DNA of 63,810 nt, the filler included, from Octopus bimaculoides (Eukaryota): the NCBI RefSeq assembly GCF_001194135.2. It is 7 parts of 7 records of this genome, joined end to end, with 100 filler letters (N's around TTAATTAATTAA, not from the genome) between each part and the next. Parts side by side here need not be neighbours in the genome. Positions count along the whole stretch, not along the records: positions 34,500 to 51,312 come from NC_068986.1; positions 51,413 to 55,608 come from NC_069000.1; positions 55,709 to 61,109 come from NC_068987.1; 4 more parts are not named here. The stretch is one strand, 5' to 3'. This document shows, piece after piece, positions 50,195-61,209 of the stretch (the stretch's first letter is position 1; every line of letters begins with the position of its first letter). The notes beneath the pieces were generated by a model, which was not told the origin of the DNA, made no database searches, and saw only the letters and a program-made list of their open reading frames with translations. The position numbers and the translations under genes were made by a program.

Positions 50195-50326
50195 TCTCTG
50201 AAGAGGCCTAGAGAACTATACGTGTACCTCTATTTTCATCCATTTCATCTAACAATTACTCCAGTTTACTGGAGTTATATAGATAGAATGAGGCATGTCA
50301 ACTCTAGGCTGAAACAGCTGTAAGAC
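50195..50326 (+). ncRNA. Hammerhead motif with canonical core and a long stem II insertion
   Basis: TCT-CTGAAGA-GGCCTAGAG(about 88 nt including an ACTCCAG/CTGGAGT hairpin)CTCTAGGCT-GAAACAGCTGTA/AGA. Confidence 0.8.
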
Positions 50327-50511
50327 ATTGTCCCTTCTTCGGTCACTAGATGTCCTTTTTAATTTTCATTACTGATATGACATATGTCATATGTGTTTGT
50401 ATATTGTTTTTATTGTCCAGTCCTCTTAGTTGAAAAATAAACAGGCAAATTGACATAATATAATGTCTGCAAGTTGATGAGTACCACATACACCCCTCAA
50501 TNNNNNNNNNN

Positions 50512-50667
50512 AATCAGTGAATAACATATTCTTCATTGTTGACGACTTCTTACCAACGTTCCGATAGTTTGTCAATGCCTTGGCGTTAAAAATACCGGTT
50601 CTTGATTCGAAGAATTCAACGAGCCACGTTTTCACCTCCACGAATAAATTCATCTGACAGCCCAATA
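50512..50667 (-). mobile_element. Short deleted mariner: terminus joined to C-terminal coding relic
   Basis: Minus strand TATTGGGCTGTC... terminus followed by EVKTWLVEFFES and GIDKLSERW-like sequence. Confidence 0.65.
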
Positions 50668-50668
50668 C

Positions 50669-50717
<49 letters not shown>

Positions 50718-51004
50718 TTCTATTCAGTTAATTGTTTCCTGTTAGTTCCCTTATTAAATTTTTCCACACGATTTCCATTTTCCAAATTTCTCTCACATGT
50801 CTTTGATTGATCCGAGTCAGAAGGTACATTCATAAGATGCCGCACAGTGTGATCGAACCAGGAAGCACGTAGTTGCAAAACGAGCTTTTTAAATACACCG
50901 TCATGTCTGTGACAGTAAGTATATTATGGTGTATATTTGATGAATGTGTTTCTATGTATGTTAAATATTTATATATAGTGTATATTATTGTCTATTTGTG
51001 TATA

Positions 51005-51300
51005 CTCTTTTACTTGTTTCAAACTACGGCCATGATGGAGCACCACCTTTAGTCGAACAAATCGACCCCAGGATTTATTCTTTGTAAGCCTAGTACTTAT
51101 TCTATCGGCCTCTTTTGGTGGACCGCCAAGTTTGCCGAACATCGATTGTCAAGCGATGGTGAGGAGACAAACACAGACACACAAACACACATATATATAT
51201 ACGACAGGCTTCTTTCAGTTTCCGTCTACTAAATCCACTCACAAGGCTTTGGTCAGCCCGAGGCTGAGAAGTAAGCTTCTTACCACAGAGCCACTCCTAC
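51005..51300 (-). mobile_element. SINE family A copy with internal deletions
   Basis: Matches 34696-35092. Confidence 0.88.
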
Positions 51301-51312
51301 ACCTGTATATAT

Positions 51313-51412
51313 NNNNNNNNNNNNNNNNNNNNNNNNNNNNNNNNNNNNNNNNNNNNTTAATTAATTAANNNNNNNNNNNNNNNNNNNNNNNNNNNNNNNN
51401 NNNNNNNNNNNN
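51313..51412. other. Artificial 100-bp scaffold linker
   Basis: 44N-TTAATTAATTAA-44N. Confidence 0.95.
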
Positions 51413-52439
51413 GAGAGGAAGAGAGGGAGAGATAGAACAAAGGGGGCTCAACTATCCCCTCCTCACAAAAAAATTCAGACCTTGTTCCTATGGTAGAAAG
51501 TAGTATAGGTTGGCCAGAGTTAAACAATAGCAACAAAGAGAGGAATATAAACTCCAGAGAAGATGAAATTCAGATTTCATCCCGACGGATGTAAACATAT
51601 ATTAATACATAGTGTACGCTTTCTCCCCGACGCTCTACCGATTATGCCGATACACTATTGTTAGTACTAAAGAACGTAACTTAACACCACAAGAATTCTC
51701 TCCGGCGCTTCACTGATTTCTGCCTCTCTGATTTAAACTTCCGGTTCCTCTCCGTTTTAAACTAATGCGAATTTGTTATAAATGCTTCGGAAGAAGACAA
51801 AAGAGAAGAGAAAGAAAAGAGAGGAAAACGGAGGAAAGGTTGAAGACAAGGAAAATAAAATGGAAAACACAGTTATCTGCTGAAAGGAAACATTGATGGC
51901 GACAACGAATATTACTATTTAGGCTTCAACACAATAATCCATTGCAGATTGGCGCCTCTGTTTCACACTCTAACGCTGTGAATGCAATAACTGATAGACG
52001 CACGAATGAATATTACTTAAAAGACAAAACAAGACCAAGTGAATGGCAGGACAAGACAAGAAGACAAGGCAAGGCAGATCTTCCTTCCTTCTGTTTAGAT
52101 TAATGAACAGCTGTTCAAAAGTTTACCTATCGAGGAATTAAACAGGAAATACGTTATCGATTTTTCTCCATCTACCCCGCCACGGCATTTTTTTTTCTTT
52201 TGCAAACCGGTTTCGTGTTAATGAAAACGTTAGCCTATTGCTTCCAGTCTCATCAATCGCCGACAGTTGGGGGTCATTTCACAGGTTAAAGCTTGGAATT
52301 AAACGAAGAAAGTGTAAATTTCAGGATTTATATATTACCATGCTCGTGAGAACGGGTGATACAAGTTATGTACGCGCCTACGTACGTACGTTATGTTATG
52401 CTATGTTATGTTATGTTATGTTATGGTATGTATGTATGT

Positions 52440-52780
52440 GAAGGATCATGGCTCAGTGGTTACAGTGTTGGGCTTACACTCGTGAAACTGAAAGTTCGAT
52501 TCCAGGTCCGGCTGTGTGCTGCGTTTTTGAGCAAGATACTTTATTTTACGCTGCTCCAGTTCACTGAGCTGTAGAAATGAGTTGTGACGTCCGTGGGGCC
52601 AAGCTATATCGGCCCCTTTGCCTTTCTTTTGGATAACATCGGTGACATGGATAGGGGAAGCTGGTATGCATGGGTGACTGTTGGTCTTCCATAAAGAACC
52701 TTGCTTGGACTTGTGCATCGGAGGGGAACGTTGGAGGTGGAATCCCATGGTCATTCGCGACCAAAGGGAGTCTTTACACT
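52440..52780 (+). mobile_element. tRNA-derived SINE (another family)
   Basis: A-box TGGCTCAGTGG, B-box-like AGTTCGATTCC, and a TTGAGCAAGATACTTTATTTTACGCTGCTCCAGTTCACTGAGCTG core. Confidence 0.8.
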
Positions 52781-53040
52781 TTACTTGTATGTACGTACGT
52801 ACGTTCGTACATATGTATGTATATATGCTTATATGTATGGGTGTGTATGTGTGCTTGCTCGCTCGCGACTGCGTGAGTTAGTGTGTATGTGTTAATGTAT
52901 GTTAATCCCTGTGCGCGTTAGTTGTAATTGTGCATTTAATCTGTGTATCTGTACAATATCTGCCTCGACATACACATATATGATTTTTTTGAGCGTGTCA
53001 CTTTGATTGCACTTTGATTGCAAGCACTGCTCTCTCACTC

Positions 53041-53082
<42 letters not shown>

Positions 53083-54979
53083 CTCTTTCAACAAAAAACA
53101 ATACAGAACAAAAAAAAACTGTTGCAATCCGACGGGCAGTCCGTAGAAGGGATTGGATATGCGACTGACTTACATCTAAAAATGGGCCGACACAAAAGAA
53201 AACTATGTGTACACTATCCGACCGCCCGATCAACGATGAAAATATATATGTGTGGGCCAATACGGTGTATAAAATCACAAGTTGCCAACCTAATGAATAG
53301 TACATAGGAAGTGCCACTAGATAAGTACACATATGGGTTAAAATACTACTTTATGTTAATGATTCTTCCATCAAAAGAAAAAGTAACCACGGAATGATCA
53401 CGCATTAGGTTCCACTGGAGACAAAGAAAGAAACATTGGTAACCAGAGAATAAAAGAAACCATCATAAATAGCAAAATTATCCCACAGATTAGCAACACA
53501 AAGAAGCAGGACGCAAATAATACGCCACTATATCAACACTAACCTTTCATACGCACGCAGCACAGAGCAAAAATGTCAGCTGTCAACATTTCTCCGAAGA
53601 TTTCCTGAAGGGTTCTAACTCCACACTATTGAAATAAAAACTAAGAGTAGACAGCGTAGACTTGTATTGTTGCTTATAAGTTGCATTGTAGGTTTAAAAA
53701 TTAAAAGCAGTTTTATACATACATGCACACACACATATATATACGTATGCACACACAAACTTATGCCGAGCAAAAGCAAGTCGAACACAAATGACATAAA
53801 GATTAATATTTTTTGTTCTCAAACTAAACACACATACTCCAAACGCACATATACACAAACACATACAGGCACGTGTAAAGAAACATATGCATACACAAAA
53901 AAATTTATAGATAAATCATAAATCAAATATTCACTTTACATGACATAAACACAATACCTGCATATTCTTAAGACACAAAATAAAGCACACACACGCACAC
54001 ACACACATACACGAACGTAAGGGGACGTGTTCATCATCCAGTGTGTATGTGTCTATGTGTAAAAATATAATATAACATAAATTCACATTATGAATACATG
54101 CATACACACACAAACACATATATCACACATGTATATGTATATATGTATATATATATATATATATNNNNNNNNNNNNNNNNNNNNNNNNNNNNNNNNNNNN
54201 NNNNNNNNNNNNNNNNNNNNNNNNNNNNNNNNNNNNNNNNNNNNNNNNNNNNNNNNNNNNNNNNNNNNNNNNNNNNNNNNNNNNNNNNNNNNNNNNNNNN
54301 NNNNNNNNNNNNNNNNNNNNNNNNNNNNNNNNNNNNNNNNNNNNNNNNNNNNNNNNNNNNNNNNNNNNNNNNNNNNNNNNNNNNNNNNNNNNNNNNNNNN
54401 NNNNNNNNNNNNNNNNNNNNNNNNNNNNNNNNNNNNNNNNNNNNNNNNNNNNNNNNNNNNNNNNNNNNNNNNNNNNNNNNNNNNNNNNNNNNNNNNNNNN
54501 NNNNNNNNNNNNNNNNNNNNNNNNNNNNNNNNNNNNNNNNNNNNNNNNNNNNNNNNNNNNNNNNNNNNNTATATATATATATATATGAATGTATGTATGT
54601 ATGTATATATTCGTAAATGTACATACACATGCATGTGTACACGTCCATCCACATATAGCCATATATGTCTCGGCAGATGCATATTAATAAATTTTATTCT
54701 ACTTTTCCAGAGTGATGGAGATGTCACGCTCCACCTACCAAATCTCATCACAACAACGAGACTAGTTTTGTCGTTTTCTTCTTATACCCGCCTTGAGCAC
54801 CCGCTACCCTCCACTTCAAACTATCTATCTACCTGTCTGTGTGTCTATCGATCTATCTATCTATCCATCTATCTAGCTATCTGTCTGTGTGTCTATTTCT
54901 CTGTCTGTCTATCTATACCATGGTATTTCTGCCTATCAGTTTAATCATCTGTCAGTGTATTTATGTATCTGTATATGTG

Positions 54980-55020
<41 letters not shown>

Positions 55021-55030
55021 NNNNNNNNNN

Positions 55031-55073
<43 letters not shown>

Positions 55074-55407
55074 CATAGGTAGATACATATATACGTAGAT
55101 ATAAATATAGATATACACAAACATAAGTGGAAACATACAGAGATACGTTCATATGCATGTACAAATATATAACTACACACACACACACATATATATATGC
55201 ACGTACACATATACTTACGGACACATATATATGCACACGCTTATGCAAGTAACAAAAACATGCGATAACAATATGAATGAATATATATAGGGACATAAAT
55301 ATACACAAAAGATGTAACTGTACATTGTCATACATTATAGGTAAATAGATATGTATGTAGATATATGAATACGCCCAATAGTAATGTACATTTTTTGCAT
55401 ACATTTA

Positions 55408-55447
<40 letters not shown>

Positions 55448-55457
55448 NNNNNNNNNN

Positions 55458-55493
<36 letters not shown>

Positions 55494-55573
55494 GTGTGTG
55501 TGTATGAGTGTGAATGTGTGTACGCGTATAGATACAGATATATGCAAGTATACATACACACACGGAGACATAG

Positions 55574-55608
<35 letters not shown>

Positions 55609-55708
55609 NNNNNNNNNNNNNNNNNNNNNNNNNNNNNNNNNNNNNNNNNNNNTTAATTAATTAANNNNNNNNNNNNNNNNNNNNNNNNNNNNNNNNNNNN
55701 NNNNNNNN
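55609..55708. other. Artificial 100-bp scaffold linker
   Basis: 44N-TTAATTAATTAA-44N. Confidence 0.95.
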
Positions 55709-56165
55709 GACCGTTATGTAAACCTCCTCGAGAAATGTGAAGACGCAGGCTGGAAAGCAGAGCATTTTCCAATCGAAGTTGGATGTAGAGGGTTTGTAGG
55801 ACACAATGTGAGACGACTGCTGTTATCGTTAGGCCTAACTCATCGTAAGGTAAATACCACTATGAGTGATATCCAAAATACAGTGGAGAAGGCTAGTCAC
55901 TGGTTTTGGTTAAAAAGAGACGATGAGCGATGGCTAGAGAAATATTGAGCTTTGTTTTTTAATAACCAGTTGATCTAGCAAGCGGGGCCTCATATCATTG
56001 AGGGAGGCCGGTGCGCATTGATGCCATCGAGAGGTAGGCCCCGAAACGGCGTGCATTCTCTCCTGATGACCTCATACACTTGCTGGCTTCCGGTATGTGG
56101 AGTTCTCGACTGGTAGCACTTGCATGTGCGAGTTGTTTGCAAGACATTTAAATAGTGGTAACACC
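55709..56165 (+). mobile_element. HERO-like (restriction-like endonuclease) non-LTR retrotransposon 3' end; ORF not in the supplied track
   Basis: Open frame 55709-55948: DRYVNLLEKCEDAGWKAEHFPIEVGCRGFVG...VEKASHWFWLKRDDERWLEKY*. The PIEVGCRGF and EKAS.W.W.KR motifs are recalled as typical of HERO-clade ORFs. A GC-rich 3' UTR follows. Confidence 0.85.
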
Positions 56166-57316
56166 TAAAGGAAATTCAAAACCTAAACATTTTATTATAT
56201 AATCTACCTGTGCCAAAAGTACATAAAACAATTTTCAAATAATATTATTACTTATTACAGTACTAAAGTCGTCTTTGCCTTTTACTTTTTCGGTACTCGA
56301 TAAAATGAGTATCAACTGAGCATATACTGAGTCGATATAATCAACTTCCTTCCCCTCCAGATTTGATGGTCTTCTGCCAAAATTGGGAACCAATATTGCA
56401 AAATGTTTGCTTCAATTCAGTATTTAGGTATCTTGCAAAGATCTACCTCATATTCATAGAATACACTATATTGTAATAGATATCATTCACACATGGTAGA
56501 TTGGTCACCTCCTAAGCTATATTTTGAGCTACAAAATTTGAAATTTGGTTCAGTCGAAAACAAATTGAGATTTCAAATACGTGAGGTCAAAAAGGGAAGA
56601 ATAACGCCTGAAATCGACTTCAGTGATATACACGCGATGCTGCATACATACTTTTGAAAATACACACACACACACACATGCATATACACATAAGTAAATT
56701 TTAAAACGCCCATGAAGGGAAACAAAGGCGAGTATGATGAATATGTAGGTTTAAGGAGAGAGGGAGTAAGTTGACAACAATTGATGACACGTGGACTCTT
56801 TCTTGCTGTCCATCGTAAATAAACACTCACACACAGACAGACACACACACACACATACATACATACATAATACATATTACATAAAAATGTTACTGAGGTT
56901 TAAAGTTTAACCATTTTCGCCTAATCAGAAAACAAGATTTAGACTGATATTTTCTGCATGATAGTTGTCTATCGCAAAAATGAAAGCAAGATCATTATAC
57001 GAGGGGAGATTTTTATTAAACAAATGAAAGCAAAGCATTACGACGACCAAAGTTGTAAAAACTTCTGAAGTTTTAATATGCTTTATGTTTACTTTTAAAC
57101 TTTAATTCAATATAAAGTGTAGCAGAATTTAGATTATTATTTTTTAGGGTAAATTGGCAAGGCTTTTGCTTTCAGATAGTATGATTGGATTTTCAGAGAA
57201 GCACGATTCAGATTTTTTCATTTTCAGGCAAGTTGGCAAGAACAGTAGTTGAATTACATGCTTTATTTTCATTTTGCATGAATTTCGACTAACAAACTAA
57301 CTTTGCCCTAACAAGG

Positions 57317-57927
57317 GCAGGTGGCTCCTCCTGCCTTACGGTGAATGAATTGGCTATTTTTGCATTTAAAAATTTTTTATATAAGCCATGGCTTTACTAT
57401 TCATATGATCAGATTCTCTTCTTACTATATAGTTGATACCTCTTCATACCTCGTCTTGCTAGGTATTCTCACTATATATATACATATAGCACATTTCTTG
57501 ATTTTATAATAAAATTAGTATTACATTGATATTCACTATTATATAGAAAATTATTTTTCATAATGAATTTTCGCACTTTCTTCTTTGGCACATTCGTATT
57601 ATGTACTTTGTTTCAATATAAAAATTTTATGTACAGTGACGATATAGGATCTAATATTTTTTACAATTATAATTACATTTCTCATTATCCTAAAAAATTA
57701 TTAATTTTAAAGGAAATAAATATACAGGCAGGTTTCATTTAGTTAACACAAAAAAGCACTCATTTATACTAAATATCGCTTGCATGCTTTTTCTTTCAGT
57801 GGGCAGACATGAAGGTTTCTAGTAATTTTGTTCAGAAAAAACAAAAGAGCAGGTGGCTCCTCATGCCTTACGGTAGATGCACCGGCTATTTTTGCATTTT
57901 TAAAATCATTTTTATATCAGCCAATGC
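57317..57927 (+). repeat. Dispersed ~78-bp direct repeat (57317-57392, 57849-57927)
   Basis: Both read GCAGGTGGCTCCTC.TGCCTTACGGT...GGCTATTTTTGCATTT...TTTTATAT.AGCCA. Probably internal or subterminal parts of an unclassified DNA element. Confidence 0.8.
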
Positions 57928-59538
57928 AACAAAACCCTGTCCGGATCTTTTNNNNNNNNNNNNNNNNNNNNNNNNNNNNNNNNNNNNNNNNNNNNNNNNN
58001 NNNNNNNNNNNNNNNNNNNNNNNNNNNNNNNNNNNNNNNNNNNNNNNNNNNNNNNNNNNNNNNNNNNNNNNNNNNNNNNNNNNNNNNNNNNNNNNNNNNN
58101 NNNNNNNNNNNNNNNNNNNNNNNNNNNNNNNNNNNNNNNNNNNNNNNNNNNNNNNNNNNNNNNNNNNNNNNNNNNNNNNNNNNNNNNNNNNNNNNNNNNN
58201 NNNNNNNNNNNNNNNNNNNNNNNNNNNNNNNNNNNNNNNNNNNNNNNNNNNNNNNNNNNNNNNNNNNNNNNNNNNNNNNNNNNNNNNNNNNNNNNNNNNN
58301 NNNNNNNNNNNNNNNNNNNNNNNNNNNNNNNNNNNNNNNNNNNNNNNNNNNNNNNNNNNNNNNNNNNNNNNNNNNNNNNNNNNNNNNNNNNNNNNNNNNN
58401 NNNNNNNNNNNNNNNNNNNNNNNNNNNNNNNNNNNNNNNNNNNNNNNNNNNNNNNNNNNNNNNNNNNNNNNNNNNNNNNNNNNNNNNNNNNNNNNNNNNN
58501 NNNNNNNNNNNNNNNNNNNNNNNNNNNNNNNNNNNNNNNNNNNNNNNNNNNNNNNNNNNNNNNNNNNNNNNNNNNNNNNNNNNNNNNNNNNNNNNNNNNN
58601 NNNNNNNNNNNNNNNNNNNNNNNNNNNNNNNNNNNNNNNNNNNNNNNNNNNNNNNNNNNNNNNNNNNNNNNNNNNNNNNNNNNNNNNNNNNNNNNNNNNN
58701 NNNNNNNNNNNNNNNNNNNNNNNNNNNNNNNNNNNNNNNNNNNNNNNNNNNNNNNNNNNNNNNNNNNNNNNNNNNNNNNNNNNNNNNNNNNNNNNNNNNN
58801 NNNNNNNNNNNNNNNNNNNNNNNNNNNNNNNNNNNNNNNNNNNNNNNNNNNNNNNNNNNNNNNNNNNNNNNNNNNNNNNNNNNNNNNNNNNNNNNNNNNN
58901 NNNNNNNNNNNNNNNNNNNNNNNNNNNNNNNNNNAAAATAATTCAGATATTTTTCAATAAAAGAATACTTATTAGTTTTATTGCATTGCCTGAAAAAAAA
59001 GTGGATTACAACGAAAAATGCAGGCATATGCCTGCATTTAAGCAGGACTTAAAATTAAAATTCTACTGTACTTAAAATATTGCAGCCGAAAATAATATTT
59101 TCAAAATCAAAATACATTATATTAGGTAAATTTCAGATAATTTATGTTATCTATTAAACTAAAAAACAAGTAAATCTTTAAAAGCATGATACAAAAATAT
59201 ATTTAAAAAAAACAAGTAAATCTTTAAAAACATGGTACAAAAATAATCAAAAATAAATTTAAACAAAAACTTTTTTGTCTTTTGAAATATACAATTAAAA
59301 TAGTCATTTTATTTTATTTTATCAAGTACAAACAATAAAATATGAAGTTGTCAATAATACTGCACAACATATTTTTCACCTGAATTGAAATCCCATTACA
59401 AAAGAACAACATTGATTGCAGTAAAATGATCATTAAATTGCTTCAAATCAACCGTATGCTCTGTCAATTCTTCCACATTAACAAAAAATTTAATCTGACA
59501 AATAAAACATAAGTCAAACTTATTAGTTAGTATTAATA

Positions 59539-59978
59539 CAGTAGAATTAGTCTAATTCGTCTTTGACTAATTCGTTACTTCACCTAATTCGTCACTTACA
59601 ATTTTCTCTTAAGGATGACTAATTAGGCGACTTATACTGTATTTTTTTTTAAATGATTTTATTTTATTTCATTTTTAAAATACTGCTTTTCCAAAAATAA
59701 GCACATGGGCTTAAATACAGACTTCAATAACTTTGCTTAAATAATTTATTTTCTCAAAATAATAAAAATTACTGGGGCTATACATGAAAAGAATTTCTGA
59801 ATATAACCCCATAGGCTTAAAATCGGTTGAGCTTATTTTTTGGAAAAATCCAGTATTGCTTTTATAATTTTTGTTTTAATAAAATATAATAAATTTTTAA
59901 AATGTTATTCTTCGCTGTACAGTAGAGTTTAAATTTTTTAGTTTCCTTTATAGGTGACGAATTAGGCAAATTCTGCTG
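59539..59978. mobile_element. pogo/Tigger-like MITE (440 bp)
   Basis: 23-bp TIRs CAGTAGAATTAGTCTAATTCGTC / CAGCAGAATTTGCCTAATTCGTC with TA flanks; CTAATTCGT is repeated subterminally. Confidence 0.85.
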
Positions 59979-60090
59979 TAGAAATCTTGTTCTGTACTTT
60001 TACAGGTGTAATAAGTTAAGAATATTAACACGCATGCGCCCGCATTTTTTATTGTAATATAATATATATGTGTGTGCGTGTGCATGTGTG

Positions 60091-60131
<41 letters not shown>

Positions 60132-60139
60132 ATGTTTGT

Positions 60140-60320
60140 GTGTTTGTGTTTGTCTCCCCCCATCATCGCTTGACAACTGATGCTGGTGTGTTTACGTCCC
60201 CGTAACTTAGCGGTTCGGCAAAAAAGACCGATAGACTAAGTACTAGGCTTACAAACAAAAAGTCCTGGGGTCGAGTTATTCGACTAAAGGCGGTGTTCCA
60301 GCACAAATGACTGAAACAAA
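60140..60320 (+). mobile_element. SINE family A, 3' part (CpG-intact)
   Basis: Reverse complement of the 34696-34900 region. Confidence 0.9.
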
Positions 60321-60357
60321 TAAAGGAATATATATATACATACATATATATATATGT

Positions 60358-61002
60358 GTGCGAACAGCTATGTTATACGGTGACGGTAAATAATAATTAT
60401 GATATTTATATAAACTTAAAGTTTATAGCGATCACCGTGCAATAACTAAGGAAAATAGTATAATAATGGGGCATATAAGCCCTCGACAGAAAAAAAGTAG
60501 GCTTTCCCATCTGCGTGGGACTCGAAACCACATCCTTTTGTTAACGCGACTAAGTGTGGTATAATTCCACCACTGAATTATTCTTCCTGTTTCTGTAAAA
60601 TTTAAGAGCTATATTAGTTCGTAGTTGTTTCTGTAAACAAACTTCTATGTGCTTTCGGTGCAGATGGGAAAGCCTATTTTTTTTCTGTCGAGGGGTTATA
60701 TGCCCCATTATTAGACTATTTCCTTAGTCATTGCACGGTGATCGCTATAAGCTTTAAGCTTGTATAAATACCATTACTATTATTTACAGGATTGTAAAAC
60801 TCGGCACCGTATAGCAAAACCATTCGCACTGAAAGCACATAGAAGTTTGTTTACAAAAGACAACTCCGAACTAATATAGTTCTTAAGTTTGACAGATCCA
60901 GGGAGGCTAATTCGCTGGTGTACATTTAGTCGCGTTAATAAAAGGAGGTTGGTTCGAGTCCGTCACGGATGGAAAAGCCTACTTTTTTTTCTGTCGAGGG
61001 CT
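60358..61002. repeat. Inverted pair of a ~305-bp tRNA-like monomer; the right copy is circularly permuted
   Basis: 60358-60513 pairs with 60660-60829, and 60478-60661 pairs with 60826-61002. B-box GGTTCGAGTCC at 60950-60960, a GTT anticodon-like loop and a T8 run. Confidence 0.85.
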
Positions 61003-61032
61003 AGAAAGGGACGCTAAAGTCAAACTACTTTA

Positions 61033-61056
61033 TCTATACTATAAAAGGCAGATTTT

Positions 61057-61109
<53 letters not shown>
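61033..61109 (+). mobile_element. Helitron-like non-autonomous 5' end
   Basis: A|TCTATACTATAAAAGGCAG followed by (GT)n, the usual TC start and internal microsatellite. Truncated by the linker. Confidence 0.55.
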
Positions 61110-61209
61110 NNNNNNNNNNNNNNNNNNNNNNNNNNNNNNNNNNNNNNNNNNNNTTAATTAATTAANNNNNNNNNNNNNNNNNNNNNNNNNNNNNNNNNNN
61201 NNNNNNNNN
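61110..61209. other. Artificial 100-bp scaffold linker
   Basis: 44N-TTAATTAATTAA-44N. Confidence 0.95.

Noticed and set aside
51700-51760. ETS-like ACTTCCGG and CpG-rich patch as a promoter
   Set aside because: A single short motif, and no associated first exon could be built on either strand.
54711-54765. Possible terminal exon after TTTTCCAG (VMEMSRSTYQISSQQRD*)
   Set aside because: Only an acceptor-like site supports it; no homology or partner exon.
200-55664. Dozens of track ORFs such as YIYIYI, THTHTH, CVCVCV, LSIYLS or long X runs
   Set aside because: They are translations of (TA)n, (CA)n and (GATA)n microsatellites, N gaps or linkers, with no domain content.
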